Assembly: GCA_965200875.1 (NCBI GenBank)
Contig: OZ241456.1
Span: forward strand, 1,767,460 to 1,831,459
Direction: 5' to 3'
DNA: 64,000 nucleotides
Origin: Bdellovibrionales bacterium
GTDB lineage: Bacteria > Bdellovibrionota > Bdellovibrionia > Bdellovibrionales > UBA1609
Positions 9,205 to 18,977 of this stretch are shown here, in pieces. The position numbers were made by a program, and so were the translations under genes. How positions within the stretch are numbered: position 1 is the first letter of the stretch; each line of letters opens with the position of its first letter. The notes under the pieces were generated by a model. The model was not told the origin of the DNA and did no database searches. It saw only the letters and a list, made by a program, of their open reading frames with translations.

Positions 9205-11946
9205 ATGACCATAAAACACGATTTACATCTTCCCAAAACAAACTTTCCCATGAAGGCCAAACTTCCTGAAAAAGAACCAAAATTGATTCAATTTTGGCGG
9301 GAAGAAGATATTTATCAAAAGTTAATCGATAAAACAAAAAACAAAAAACTTTTCAGTTTTATAGATGGTCCTCCTTATGCCAATGGCCCTTTACATATAG
9401 GCCATGCTTTAAACAAAATCCTGAAGGATATTGTGGTAAAATACATGAATCTTGCCGGCAAACATTGTCCGTTTACTCCCGTATGGGACTGCCACGGGTT
9501 ACCTATTGAAATGACTGCCCTTAAAAAAATCAAAAAAGAAAACGAAGCACTTAAGCCAAAACAAATAAGGGAGTTTTGCCGAAAAGAAGCTTTATCTTGG
9601 GTGAAAACACAAAAAGAGCAATTTGAAAGATTGGGAGTCTTGGCGGATTGGAACAACCCTCTTCTCACTTTGTCTGCGGAATATGAAGCAGAAGAGCTTC
9701 GTGCAATAGCGAAAGTGGTTGAAAAAAATCTTCTTTACCGGGGCAAAAAGCCTGTTTACTGGTGCTCCACTCTTAAAACCGCCATTGCCTCTTCAGAAGC
9801 GGAATATCGCGAACGAAAAAGCCCTTCCATTTATGTGAAATTTCTTCTGCCACGCCCTCTCAAGGAGTGGAAACTTTCAAATAAAAACTGCTATCTCGCA
9901 ATATGGACCACCACCCCCTGGACCCTGCCGGCCAACCAAGGTATTTGTTTAAAACCTGATTTCACTTACGCAATTTTTGATACGGAAAAGGAATTTTTAA
10001 TTCTGGCTGAAGATCTAAAAGAAAGTTTTGAAAAAACTACAGGTTTAAACCTCAAAAAAATTATTTCCTTCAAGGGAAAAGCTTTGGAAAATCAAAAAGC
10101 CAGACACCCTTTCTTAGAAAGAGACTCCTTAATTATCCTAGGAGACCATGTCACAAAAGCAGAAGGTACGGGTTGTGTTCATACTGCACCGGGGCATGGG
10201 TTGGAGGATTTTATCGTGGGCAAAAAATACAAATTACCCGTATCCGTTCCTGTGGATGAAAAAGGCTCTTTCACCAGCTCCATGCCAGAATGGAAGGGTT
10301 TAAATGTTTTTAAAGCCAACCCTCTGATTATTGAAAAACTAAAACAAAAATCAGCCTTATTGGCGGAAACAGAAATCACACACAACTACCCTTTTAATCC
10401 CCGTTCAAACACTCCTCTGATTTTCCGAGCCACTGATCAATGGTTCATACAATTTGATAAAACAGAACATCCTGTGCGAAAAAAATCCCTCTCTGAAATA
10501 AATCAAGAAATTCAATTTTATCCAGAATGGGGAAAAAAGCGACTAAGTGCCATGATAAAAGCCAGTCCTGACTGGTGTCTCAGCCGGCAAAGACACTGGG
10601 GTGTGCCTATTCCTGTCTTTTACTGCAAAAAATGCAAATACACTTTATTGGATAAAGAAATAATAAACCAGATTGCCGACAAGATGGAGGAATCAAACGA
10701 AGGTATTGAATATTGGTTTTCCAATTCTGCGGATAAATTGCTTTCTGAAAAAAAAGTCTGTCCGCTCTGCCAAAACACAGAATGGGAAAAAGGAGAGGAT
10801 ATTTTAGATGTATGGTTCGATAGTGGTATTTGTCACGAAGTCTTCAGAAAAAAATACGGAGAGAAAACTTTTCCGGCGGATATTTATCTGGAAGGAAGCG
10901 ATCAACATCGTGGTTGGTTTCAAACCAGCCTTAACTCCTCTGTTTGTTTAAACAGCAAAACTCCTTTTAAAGCACTGGTTACTCATTGTTTTGTAAATGA
11001 TGCGGAAGGATATAAAATGAGTAAAAGCAAAGGCAATGTAGTGAGTTTGGAAAATATCATTCAACAAAGCGGTGCGGAAATCGCACGCATCTGGGTATGT
11101 AGTGAAAACTATTCACAAGATCTGCAAATCCGACCGGAAAGTTTTGAAAGAGTCAGTGAAACTTACAGAAGATTCAGAAACACCATTCGTTTCATGCTCG
11201 GAAACCTGTGTGATTTTAATCCAGAAACAGATTTGGTAACCTTCTCTGAAATACAAGATATGGACAAATGGATCTTGGGAAAACTTGCAACTCTTATTCA
11301 ACAAAGCCAACTCTATTACAATAAGTTTTTATTTCATAAAATTTACCAGGAATTGAATATTTTTTTCACAAAAGACTTATCAGCCCTTTATTTGGACATT
11401 TTAAAAGACCGACTCTACACTTTCAAAAAAGAGGGAATAAAAAGGCGGTCCGCACAAAGTGCCATTTATCTGCTATTAAAAAATCTGTTATCCTTGATGA
11501 GCCCTATTATGACCTTCCTGAGTGAGGAAGCTTATCAGTTTCTTCCGGGAAAGAAAAAAGAAAAAAGTGTTTTACTGGAGGATTTTCCAGCCGTACAGGC
11601 AGAATGGATAAAACCTGAGATACAAAAAAAATTCAGTCACTTTTTAAAAATCCGTGAAATGACTTACTCTCAAATAGAATGTATGCGAAAAGAGCAAATT
11701 ATTGGCTCCAGCCTGCAAACACAGGTAAAGGTTAGCCTGCCAAAGGTCTTGTTTCAACAGATGAAAAACACATCTGATGAGCTTAGAGAGTTTCTTATTG
11801 TCTCTCAAGTGGAGATTCTTTCCGGCCAGGAAAGAAAAGTCGAAGTACAAAAAATAAAAGGGGAAAAATGCGAGAGGTGCTGGAATTACAGTGAAAAGTT
11901 GAATTTGCAAAAAATATGTCTAAAATGTATAAATAACCTATCATAA
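9205..11946 (+). CDS. ileS: Isoleucine--tRNA ligase
   Basis: DGPPYANG-LHIGH, WTTTPWTLPAN, GTGCVHTAPGHG, KMSKS, C-terminal zinc finger. Confidence 0.98.
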   Translation: MTIKHDLHLPKTNFPMKAKLPEKEPKLIQFWREEDIYQKLIDKTKNKKLFSFIDGPPYANGPLHIGHALNKILKDIVVKYMNLAGKHCPFTPVWDCHGLPIEMTALKKIKKENEALKPKQIREFCRKEALSWVKTQKEQFERLGVLADWNNPLLTLSAEYEAEELRAIAKVVEKNLLYRGKKPVYWCSTLKTAIASSEAEYRERKSPSIYVKFLLPRPLKEWKLSNKNCYLAIWTTTPWTLPANQGICLKPDFTYAIFDTEKEFLILAEDLKESFEKTTGLNLKKIISFKGKALENQKARHPFLERDSLIILGDHVTKAEGTGCVHTAPGHGLEDFIVGKKYKLPVSVPVDEKGSFTSSMPEWKGLNVFKANPLIIEKLKQKSALLAETEITHNYPFNPRSNTPLIFRATDQWFIQFDKTEHPVRKKSLSEINQEIQFYPEWGKKRLSAMIKASPDWCLSRQRHWGVPIPVFYCKKCKYTLLDKEIINQIADKMEESNEGIEYWFSNSADKLLSEKKVCPLCQNTEWEKGEDILDVWFDSGICHEVFRKKYGEKTFPADIYLEGSDQHRGWFQTSLNSSVCLNSKTPFKALVTHCFVNDAEGYKMSKSKGNVVSLENIIQQSGAEIARIWVCSENYSQDLQIRPESFERVSETYRRFRNTIRFMLGNLCDFNPETDLVTFSEIQDMDKWILGKLATLIQQSQLYYNKFLFHKIYQELNIFFTKDLSALYLDILKDRLYTFKKEGIKRRSAQSAIYLLLKNLLSLMSPIMTFLSEEAYQFLPGKKKEKSVLLEDFPAVQAEWIKPEIQKKFSHFLKIREMTYSQIECMRKEQIIGSSLQTQVKVSLPKVLFQQMKNTSDELREFLIVSQVEILSGQERKVEVQKIKGEKCERCWNYSEKLNLQKICLKCINNLS

Positions 11947-11960
11947 AATACAAAAAAATT

Positions 11961-12464
11961 ATGAAAACCTATTTAAAGTACTTTATATTTCTTTCCATTT
12001 CTTTTGCCATAGTTGCGTTAGATCAAGCCACCAAGCTTATGATCCACACACAATTTAATCTGGGAGAAAAAAAAATAATTATCCCCGGTTTTTTTAATAT
12101 TACATATGTCAGAAATACAGGAGGAGTTTTTGGTTTATTCTCCCAAAGCAACGATGTCATTCGTCTATTGCTTTTTCTTATCCTGCCGGTTTTGGCTTTC
12201 GTATTAATTGTCTCCATCATACATAAACTGGAGCTTAAGCAAAAATATCAACTACTAGCTTTCTCAGGTATTTTTGGAGGAGCACTTGGAAATTACATAG
12301 ATCGCGTTCACTTCGGATATGTGGTGGACTTTTTAGATTTTCATTACAAGGGTCAATCTTGGCCGGCCTTTAATGTGGGGGATATCTGCATTGTAGTGGG
12401 AGTCATATCAGCGATTGCCATTATATATGCAACAGAAGGAAAAGAAATAAAAACCCAAGAATGA
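11961..12464 (+). CDS. lspA: Lipoprotein signal peptidase II
   Basis: DQATK, NTGGVFG, GALGNYIDR, VVDFLD, FNVGD; follows ileS. Confidence 0.97.
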   Translation: MKTYLKYFIFLSISFAIVALDQATKLMIHTQFNLGEKKIIIPGFFNITYVRNTGGVFGLFSQSNDVIRLLLFLILPVLAFVLIVSIIHKLELKQKYQLLAFSGIFGGALGNYIDRVHFGYVVDFLDFHYKGQSWPAFNVGDICIVVGVISAIAIIYATEGKEIKTQE

Positions 12465-12521
12465 TATTATTTAGGCGGGCGTGAAAAACCCTATTGCTTC
12501 AATTATCACACTCTTTTTTCA

Positions 12522-12541
12522 TGTACTTTCCCTTGAAAACT
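12522..12541 (+). repeat. 20-bp direct repeat, copy 1 (TGTACTTTCCCTTGAAAACT)
   Basis: 19/20 identical to 14021-14040 (TGTACATTCCCTTGAAAACT). Confidence 0.85.
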
Positions 12542-12581
12542 AAAAGCCAAGTTGTTGGCTTTTAGTCCCGTGAAAACGGGA
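12539..12581. repeat. Two adjacent hairpins: 12-bp perfect inverted repeat and REP-like TCCCGT-GAAA-ACGGGA
   Basis: ACTAAAAGCCAA-gttg-TTGGCTTTTAGT (12539-12566) then TCCCGTgaaaACGGGA (12566-12581). Confidence 0.7.
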
Positions 12582-12711
12582 ATCCAATCAAAATAACATA
12601 CTTTTTTGCGTTCTCACTAATGTAAATTATTAAAATTACTGTATTTATTTCTTCTTTTCAAGAAGGTAAAATTATGGTATAAAATTGGTGAAAAAAACTA
12701 AGGAGGATAAG

Positions 12712-13080
12712 ATGTCAAATGTAGTTCCAGGTTTTAACATAAGCACTTCTATAGGTTTGTTTGACAAAAAAGGGAATGTGAAAATTGATAAAGTTTTAAA
12801 TTTTATGGATATTTCTAGAGCAGAATTGGCTGGTGCATTTGGTCTAACTGGAGATCAGCTTAGGCCGGACAGAACAGCTAACAGAACAAAAGAAGTGATA
12901 GCAGAATTGGCTGGATCTATAGAATATGTAGCAGATATTTTTTCAGGCAACGAGGAGAAAACCCGCAAATGGTTTAACTTGCCCAATATTCATTTTGGTG
13001 GTTCTACTCCTAAAAAAATTATTATGAATGGTCGTTTTCGAAGAGTAAAAAGTTTTATTTATTCCAGCCAAAAAAGATGA
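12712..13080 (+). CDS. Xre/MbcA/ParS-type antitoxin (DUF2384-like C-terminus)
   Basis: HTH-like N-half; IFSGNEEKTRKWFNLPNIHFGGSTPKKII C-terminal signature; AGGAGG RBS before ATG 12712; overlaps next gene (ATGA). Confidence 0.85.
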   Translation: MSNVVPGFNISTSIGLFDKKGNVKIDKVLNFMDISRAELAGAFGLTGDQLRPDRTANRTKEVIAELAGSIEYVADIFSGNEEKTRKWFNLPNIHFGGSTPKKIIMNGRFRRVKSFIYSSQKR

Positions 13081-14015
13081 AAAAAAATCGTATATATAAA
13101 AGCGAATACGCTCTTAGCCCTGAGCAATATGTTGAGTATGTTTTATGTAACTTGCAGAAAGCCAGTACACGAATCAGAATTTTTTATAAAGATTACCACA
13201 CTTATTTAGCTACCGAAAGAAATCTTTTATTAGATGAAATTTTACAAAGTTTGAAAAAAGTCGGCAAGAAAATAAAAAAAGATATTTTTTATCGAGTCGT
13301 TCTTTCACAATATATGAATGATCCTTTATGCACAAGCGGAAGCCTTTCATATTCCGGTAGATTTAATTTTGGATATAATATTTCTTATGATTATCCAAAG
13401 TTCTCTTGTCTCTATGTTTCCAATCATTCTGATGGAGCAAAAAGTGAAAAATTTCCAAACCCAGATCATAAAGTATTATCTTCCGCGGAAATATCACTAA
13501 TTCCAAACAGATCTTTTTTAACTTCAAGGTGTGAGGTTCATTTAACTAAAAATTGTATTGATTTACGAACACCAGACTGTTTAAAATACTTTACACAAAT
13601 TATTTCAAAGATAGAGCCTCCAGCTCGATTTCAAAAAAAATGGAAAAAGATGAACCGAAAAGTAAGAGGACAAAGTAAAGTAGAACCATTACGAACAATA
13701 AAAACACTACAACAATTATATCAGGCTTTGTTTGAAATATACTACGAGCAATGGATGACTTTTCTGGATGTTCCGTCAAACTCTCAATGGTTTGGTTATT
13801 ATGTAAAATCAGCTGGAATTGAAGCCATTATTTACCCATCTATCAGGCATAAAAATTATTACAATATGGCAATTTATCCTGACAACTTTGGGCCTAAAAG
13901 TTATGTGCGTCTGGCTGATCTCCATAAATCAGTCCCACAAGACAGAAAAGAAATCAATAAAAGCAACCATAGATTTTTTGAATATTCTTGTGATAACTTA
14001 TCATCTAGTCAATAA
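13077..14015 (+). CDS. RES-domain toxin (NAD+-targeting family)
   Basis: FYRV (R), GSLSYSGRFN, CLYVS...AKSE (E), GIEAIIYPS (S), NMAIY; coupled to Xre-type antitoxin. Confidence 0.85.
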   Translation: MKKNRIYKSEYALSPEQYVEYVLCNLQKASTRIRIFYKDYHTYLATERNLLLDEILQSLKKVGKKIKKDIFYRVVLSQYMNDPLCTSGSLSYSGRFNFGYNISYDYPKFSCLYVSNHSDGAKSEKFPNPDHKVLSSAEISLIPNRSFLTSRCEVHLTKNCIDLRTPDCLKYFTQIISKIEPPARFQKKWKKMNRKVRGQSKVEPLRTIKTLQQLYQALFEIYYEQWMTFLDVPSNSQWFGYYVKSAGIEAIIYPSIRHKNYYNMAIYPDNFGPKSYVRLADLHKSVPQDRKEINKSNHRFFEYSCDNLSSSQ

Positions 14016-14020
14016 TATGG

Positions 14021-14040
14021 TGTACATTCCCTTGAAAACT
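14021..14040 (+). repeat. 20-bp direct repeat, copy 2
   Basis: 19/20 identical to 12522-12541. Confidence 0.85.
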
Positions 14041-14864
14041 TACCCTTGTTTTGGATTAGAAGTTTTAGGTCAATGTAGTTATGATCCAACAAACCCAATA
14101 GTCTATTTTTCTATAGGCCAGCTGATTCCTCTTTTTATCATTGCCATTGCTGTTTATCAAATTTTAGACCCTATATTAAAATTACGGATCAAATCAAATA
14201 AAATCTTTCAATTTACATTTAATTTTTCTCGTTTAGAGAACTGGATACATAAACTTACACTTCCAGAACCGTTTCAACCATTTACCTTGTTTTTAAAATT
14301 TTTTGTTCACTCTGTTAAAATAAAATGTTTCTTTTATTTAGTCCTAATCTCTATATGTACCATTTTTTTCTCTAGTATTATTCCTTCCATTCCAAATTTT
14401 TATAAAATTCCGATTATTGGATACCCTATATTTTGGGAGATACTTTCTGGATTGATTCTCTCATTTTTAGGGTTTTATTTTATTAAGATCATCAGCAAAC
14501 CTGCTCAGTTAAATAGACACAATTACAAAGAATTTTTTGAAAGGGCTTTAGATATTATTGATCGTAGAGAAGAAAAAGAAATAGTCCCCTTAGCTAAAGA
14601 GCTGACACCTTCCTTAAAAACCATAATATCCATTTGTAGAGAGTATGAAGAGTTTTACTCACATGTTCAAAATTTAGCTTATAAAAAATATGCACCAAAT
14701 GCAAATTCTATCTTACTGAATAAACTAGACCAATTTATTAAACAGGATAAAGACTTACAAAGAATGGTTCAATTAAACGAATTTCAATATTATTGTTTCA
14801 AAATTTTAGATCTGCTATCTGTTCTTGACCCCCAAAATTTGGCTACCTTCTAAAAGGAGGTAAA

Positions 14865-15251
14865 ATGGATAGATTTTCCAAAAAGATTTCAAAAAATCAA
14901 AGATTTTTGATACTTTCAGAGCATTTTCAAGGTGGTCTCAGTATTTCCGAATTATCACGGAAGTATCAGATTCAAGCCGCAACTATTTATCAATGGAGGA
15001 GAGAGAAAATGCGCAGAGAAAAGAAAGCAACAGGATTAGACCAAGAGGAATTGCTTTTAGAGATAAATCGTTTAAAGGTGGAGAACTCTCGTTTAAAGCA
15101 TACTGTAGCTGATCAAGCATTGGATATCACCACTCTTAAGCAATGGAATGAGTTTATGAAAAAAAAGTGGAGGGAAGAAAAACTGAATTTGCAAAAGAGT
15201 TTATCATCCACTGCTCAGCGATCTGCTGTAAAAAAAGATTTTGTGAGTTAA
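14865..15251 (+). CDS. IS3 OrfA (HTH DNA-binding)
   Basis: SISELSRKYQIQAATIYQWRR HTH, leucine-zipper-like segment; A8G slippery site at 15159-15167. Confidence 0.9.
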   Translation: MDRFSKKISKNQRFLILSEHFQGGLSISELSRKYQIQAATIYQWRREKMRREKKATGLDQEELLLEINRLKVENSRLKHTVADQALDITTLKQWNEFMKKKWREEKLNLQKSLSSTAQRSAVKKDFVS

Positions 15252-16054
15252 TAGGGATTCATCCAAAGTCTCTTTACAAAGTGAGTGAGAGGAGAAGTGT
15301 TAAGATGAAGATAAAGGATAAAGATAAGCAAATTTTATCAGGGATAAGAGCTGTGATAAAGGATCGTCCCACTTATGGTTACAAGCGTGTAACGGCTCTT
15401 TACAACAAGGAGAGGGTTTTAAAGGGTTTAAGCAAGTATAATAAGAAGCGTATTTATCGTGTAATGAAAGAAAATGGCCTTTTGTTACCCAAAGCTGTCA
15501 GCAGAAGGGAAGGGCATAAGAGTACAGGAAAAGTGATGACATTGTATTCCAATACGAGGTGGTGTTCTGATTGTTTTGAAATTCATTGTTTTAATGGAGA
15601 GAAGGTGTATGTTTCTTTTGTGTTAGACACATGTGACAGGGAGATTTTAAGCTTTACGGCGTCGTTAAAGCCTCTTTTATCAGAAGAAGACATACAGGGT
15701 TTGATGATTAGTGCTGTAGAAGGGCGATTTGATGCTTGTCGAACAAATAGAGAGATTGAATTTTTATCGGATCGAGGGAGTATTTACAGAGCGTATAATG
15801 TGCAGGTATTGGCCCGCCAGCTGGGTTTAAAGCCTTGTTTTACGAGGGCTTACAGTCCAGAGAGTAATGGTATGGCAGAGGCTTTTGTAAAGACAATAAA
15901 ACGAGATTATGTGTATGTGAATGACTGCTCCTGTGCTGAAGACACTATGAAATTATTAAAAGAATGGATATATGATTATAACCATAAAGCTCCCCATTCA
16001 GCACTTGGCATGAAGTCACCTGTGGAGTATATTAAATCAACACAAATGAGGTAG
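15167..16054 (+). CDS. IS3 OrfB DDE transposase (probably expressed by -1 frameshift)
   Basis: PTYGYKR, SNTRWCSD, LSDRGS, SPESNGMAEAFVKTIK, YN..PHSALG; IS2-like. Confidence 0.92.
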   Translation: MEGRKTEFAKEFIIHCSAICCKKRFCELIGIHPKSLYKVSERRSVKMKIKDKDKQILSGIRAVIKDRPTYGYKRVTALYNKERVLKGLSKYNKKRIYRVMKENGLLLPKAVSRREGHKSTGKVMTLYSNTRWCSDCFEIHCFNGEKVYVSFVLDTCDREILSFTASLKPLLSEEDIQGLMISAVEGRFDACRTNREIEFLSDRGSIYRAYNVQVLARQLGLKPCFTRAYSPESNGMAEAFVKTIKRDYVYVNDCSCAEDTMKLLKEWIYDYNHKAPHSALGMKSPVEYIKSTQMR

Positions 16055-17217
16055 CCAAAAATAGGGGCCACTCCATATCTGATAAAATGTTTTGCAAGAT
16101 GGTTGCCTGCAAAGTTCCTAGGTTTTTTGAAGAGTTTTTATCCCATACTTCATTTAATAGTTATCGGTTCTCTGAAAAAAGAAAAGTTTTGGCAAATATT
16201 ATGAAATCCTCATTTGAAAATGAAGATTCTATTTTAAATAGAGAAAACCAATATGATGGATTAAGAAGTGTGAGAAATTTAACAGGTCTTTTATTTGAAA
16301 ACCATGCACTGCTACAACAATATTCTTTTAGTTCCCTCATTTCTGGGATGGAGCGAGTGAAGTTTACAAAAAAGTGGCAAATTGAACTGTACTTCTCTTG
16401 TTTAAAAGTAGCACTTACATTTTCTTTCAATGTAAAGTGTCATCAAACTTTAATACATATTCATGATGGTTTCTTGAAAATTGCATATATTTTAAATGAT
16501 ATTTTATGTAGCCAGTTTCATTTTGAAGAAAAAGTAAGTTTTTTCGATCAAGTAAGTTTTGAAATACACAACATATTATATTTTATAAATGAAGATAAAA
16601 TTAAAACTTATAGCTCTAACCACCCCAATCTTTTTCCTATAGGTTTTCATCACTCTGATAAAAGAAACTGGCCTGAAGTTTCTTTATATCATATTCTAGC
16701 AAAGTCTATCTTGGATTTACTTATAAATCTTTCCAGCATCAATGTAAAAAGTTCTGATGAACAATTCTCTGTTCGGCAAACAGGATCGAGTTTATTGTTG
16801 AGCTTGCTCAGAAATCTGCGCCAAGAAAATAAGAAAGTTTCTGAAATATTAATCAGTTATATTAAATTTTATATAAATGAAAATAATTTGAAAAGAAGAT
16901 GGTATCCGTACTTCACCAAATATATGGTTTTAGTCTTTGGATTACATTATCCTTCAAAAAAAGAAAAAAAATATGAATGGGATAACTTGAAAAGTTATAT
17001 TTTAGATACACTAAAAAAGACATTTCATTCCCTATACACTATTGAAAAAGAATTTGCTTTAAGTTTACTCCCTTTTGGTGTGTCTTATGATCCCTCAAAA
17101 AAAATTATAACCCAAATTATAAATAAAGAAGAAAGCACTTTACAATGTGAATGAAACAAATAAAATAACAGAACTTTCCGAGTACACTTTGATATTGTTC
17201 TTTAATATAAAAACAGT

Positions 17218-18168
17218 TCAATCATTCAAAAGAAAAAGTGTCTCTAGCTCCTGCGCTTTTATTCTTTGTAAGATTTTATTGATAGGATAGTAATCTGTTA
17301 CTTCTATTTTTTCTTTTTCATTTCCTTTTTCATCAATAATATATATTCGGCCACAATATTCTGGGTTAAATTGATACTGAAAACCATATTCCAATGTTTC
17401 ATAAAAGAAAAAACAAAAAATAAGTCTTCTTTTAATCTCTTTTACAGGGTCCATTGTATAACAGTCAACAATCGCTCTTTGCTTGTGATCTGCCGATGGT
17501 TGACCGTTAATAGCTGTGTGAATAAACTCACAATCCCCCATATCCGCATTATATTTAATTTTTGTTTTTTTTATAATTTCCACAAGGGTATTAATATCTG
17601 GATTTTTACTATCTGGAATGGTAAAACCTCTTTCATTAAGTAAATGATTAGCACAATGTCTTAAGACAGGTAAATTCTCTTTAGAGATCAATTTCCCTAT
17701 GTCCAATCTGATTTTCTGCAATAAATTTTTATCTGAAATATGGTCACTCCATTCCATCTTTGAAAATCTATCCCATGAGAGATAAGCTATAAGCATATTA
17801 TAAATATCTGGCAAAATATTTATACACTCTTGAGCAAAACTTTCAGCGTAATTATTGTCCCTTTGATGTCTTTCTTTAAGTTTTTCTTTTATACATTTTT
17901 CTGGAAGTTTGCTTTTTAATTCATTTTCCCAATGCTCCTTTATTGCAACACACTCAATAGTGTTCTTATCAAGTAGCGATTGAGGTATAGTAATTTCTCT
18001 AATAATTTTTTTTATACCTTCTATCCCAGCATATTCCAAAAGAGCCAAAGGTAAAATCGCCTCTTTTACAGGTGCTCCTTGATATTTGTCTAAAAATTTT
18101 TTGGCTAAAAAACCTTTAGACACTTTACCTCTTAAATTTTGATCTAAATGGTATGTATAAGTGTTCAT
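17218..18168 (-). CDS. Hypothetical protein, possible PIN-like nuclease fold
   Basis: Acidic pattern YHLDQN ... LLEY ... GDCEFI ... YTMD resembles the PIN-domain tetrad. Confidence 0.5.
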   Translation of the reverse strand: MNTYTYHLDQNLRGKVSKGFLAKKFLDKYQGAPVKEAILPLALLEYAGIEGIKKIIREITIPQSLLDKNTIECVAIKEHWENELKSKLPEKCIKEKLKERHQRDNNYAESFAQECINILPDIYNMLIAYLSWDRFSKMEWSDHISDKNLLQKIRLDIGKLISKENLPVLRHCANHLLNERGFTIPDSKNPDINTLVEIIKKTKIKYNADMGDCEFIHTAINGQPSADHKQRAIVDCYTMDPVKEIKRRLIFCFFFYETLEYGFQYQFNPEYCGRIYIIDEKGNEKEKIEVTDYYPINKILQRIKAQELETLFLLND

Positions 18169-18293
18169 ATTTATTCCTTATAAAATACATTAACAGATTT
18201 TTCCCAGACGACTGATTACCTGAAAGACCAAAAAAGCCTTTCTGAACTACACCACTTAAGAAAGAAATCCATCGCTTTTTTGAACCCAGTTTA

Positions 18294-18926
18294 TTATAGA
18301 AAATCCAGCTGATGGTTTTGTTGATCTAAAATAAAACCCTTCTGGCTTTTATTTTTCTTAAAATTGATTGCATCTCCTATTGTTTTTCCCATCAATTTCC
18401 TTAAGTCAATTACTGAACCGAACTTTAAAAATACATCAAAAAACCTTTTGTAATTCTTCCCCCAATACACCATTGCACAAGACATGGGTGCACCTTTACT
18501 TATTTTATCTCCATTTTCCAGAAACTTCAAACGGGTTTCATATAAAAAACATATACCAACAGCTTTGCTCCATACATATTCTTTCCAATGACTGGTATTG
18601 GTAGCGACGGGAATTAAAGCCAACACTTCAGAATGAAAATATTGATTCGCGTGTGCGCATTTATACAACCAGTTTTTTATTGTTGTTCCTCGCATTCGAT
18701 TTGACCCATAAGGAGGGTTCACATATATTGTTTTATAATTCCATTTTTTACTCAAACCATCATTTTCAGGTAAAGAAAATTCTTTCTTTGCTTTAACTAT
18801 TGACCACTGGTTCGAGCAGGGATCAAGACATATTGTGCCTCCAAATACTTCTCTAACTGCTGAAACATATCTATCAGGTGTACACCAATGAATACTTTGA
18901 GAGTGAACTGTGCGCCCAGCTGTCAT
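18294..18926 (-). CDS. Phage-Dam-like DNA N6-adenine methyltransferase
   Basis: WCTP, LDPCS, YVNPPY, LIPVATNTSHW, RLKF motifs. Confidence 0.85.
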   Translation of the reverse strand: MTAGRTVHSQSIHWCTPDRYVSAVREVFGGTICLDPCSNQWSIVKAKKEFSLPENDGLSKKWNYKTIYVNPPYGSNRMRGTTIKNWLYKCAHANQYFHSEVLALIPVATNTSHWKEYVWSKAVGICFLYETRLKFLENGDKISKGAPMSCAMVYWGKNYKRFFDVFLKFGSVIDLRKLMGKTIGDAINFKKNKSQKGFILDQQNHQLDFL

Positions 18927-18977
18927 TTTAGTATCTCCTTAGTGCAATCATGTATAACTATCAAATAAAAAAATTAC

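Larger units (their letters stand above)
14820..16075 (+). mobile_element. IS3-family (IS2 group) insertion sequence, copy 1
   Basis: TG...CA ends; imperfect terminal IRs (TGTTCTTGACCCCCAAAATTTGGCTACCT / revcomp TGGAGTGGCCCCTATTTTTGGCTACCT); TATC target duplication at 14816-14819 and 16076-16079. Confidence 0.95.
14017..17154 (+). pseudogene. Membrane protein gene (~625 aa reconstructed) interrupted by an IS3-family element
   Basis: Removing 14820-16079 (IS plus one TATC copy) fuses ...ILDLLS to DKMFCKM... in frame; N-terminal part has about 3-4 hydrophobic helices. Confidence 0.85.

Noticed and set aside
13819..14016. N-terminal extension of ORF 13819..14853
   Set aside because: Overlaps the RES gene by ~200 nt from a TTG; ATG 14017 just after the RES stop is more plausible
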